Part shown: one piece after another, positions 26,298 to 26,348 of the stretch | Layout: each line of letters starts with the position of its first letter | Numbering within the stretch: the stretch's first letter is position 1 | DNA from: a virus | Taxonomy: Duplodnaviria; Caudoviricetes | Strand: one strand, 5' to 3' | DNA length: 26,348 nucleotides | Virus record (IMG/VR): IMGVR_UViG_3300027804_000198 | Location: 1 to 26,348 of that record | Made by a program: the position numbers and the translations under genes | Notes under the pieces: model-generated | Told to the model about the DNA's origin: nothing | Database searches by the model: none | The model's input: the letters and a program-made list of their open reading frames with translations, nothing else

Positions 26298-26348
26298 ATG
26301 GAAAAATTATATAGATTAGAGTTTAATGAAACAACTCAACAATTTCAT
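26298..26348 (+). CDS. Partial ORF running off the right end
   Basis: MEKLYRLEFNETTQQFH..., starting 2 nt after the previous stop. Confidence 0.4.
   Translation, partial: MEKLYRLEFNETTQQFH

Noticed and set aside
1-26348. Alternative genetic code, tRNA genes, integrase or lysis genes
   Set aside because: ORFs tile the window densely under the standard code, and I could not recognise any cloverleaf, tyrosine/serine recombinase or endolysin motifs. Such genes may lie outside the window.

Overview
The window is part of an AT-rich tailed-phage genome (Caudoviricetes, siphovirus-like), most likely infecting a Bacteroidota host. The host inference rests on a TTTG-N20-TAnnTTTG promoter, A-rich start regions without Shine-Dalgarno sites, and a VirE-N/BT4734-type primase. 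The minus strand (1-23256) is one long, tightly overlapping gene block: primase-helicase, VRR-NUC nuclease, sigma-factor-like protein, ParB-methyltransferase, terminases, then a non-canonically ordered virion module. A divergent control/origin region at about 23260-23710 separates it from a plus-strand block of small early genes. The most notable find is a two-unit, integron-like gene-cassette array at 24426-25510. Each unit has a TAAC...GTTA hairpin site and one gene, its ends are self-complementary, a terminal half-site closes the array, and no recombinase is visible in the window. Other signals seen directly in the sequence are a kissing-loop RNA leader before the primase, a GTAAAA-N11-TACTATATTA candidate late promoter present three times, a -1 frameshift in the tail chaperone gene, and a small intergenic pseudoknot. 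All product calls come from motif recognition by eye, not database searches.
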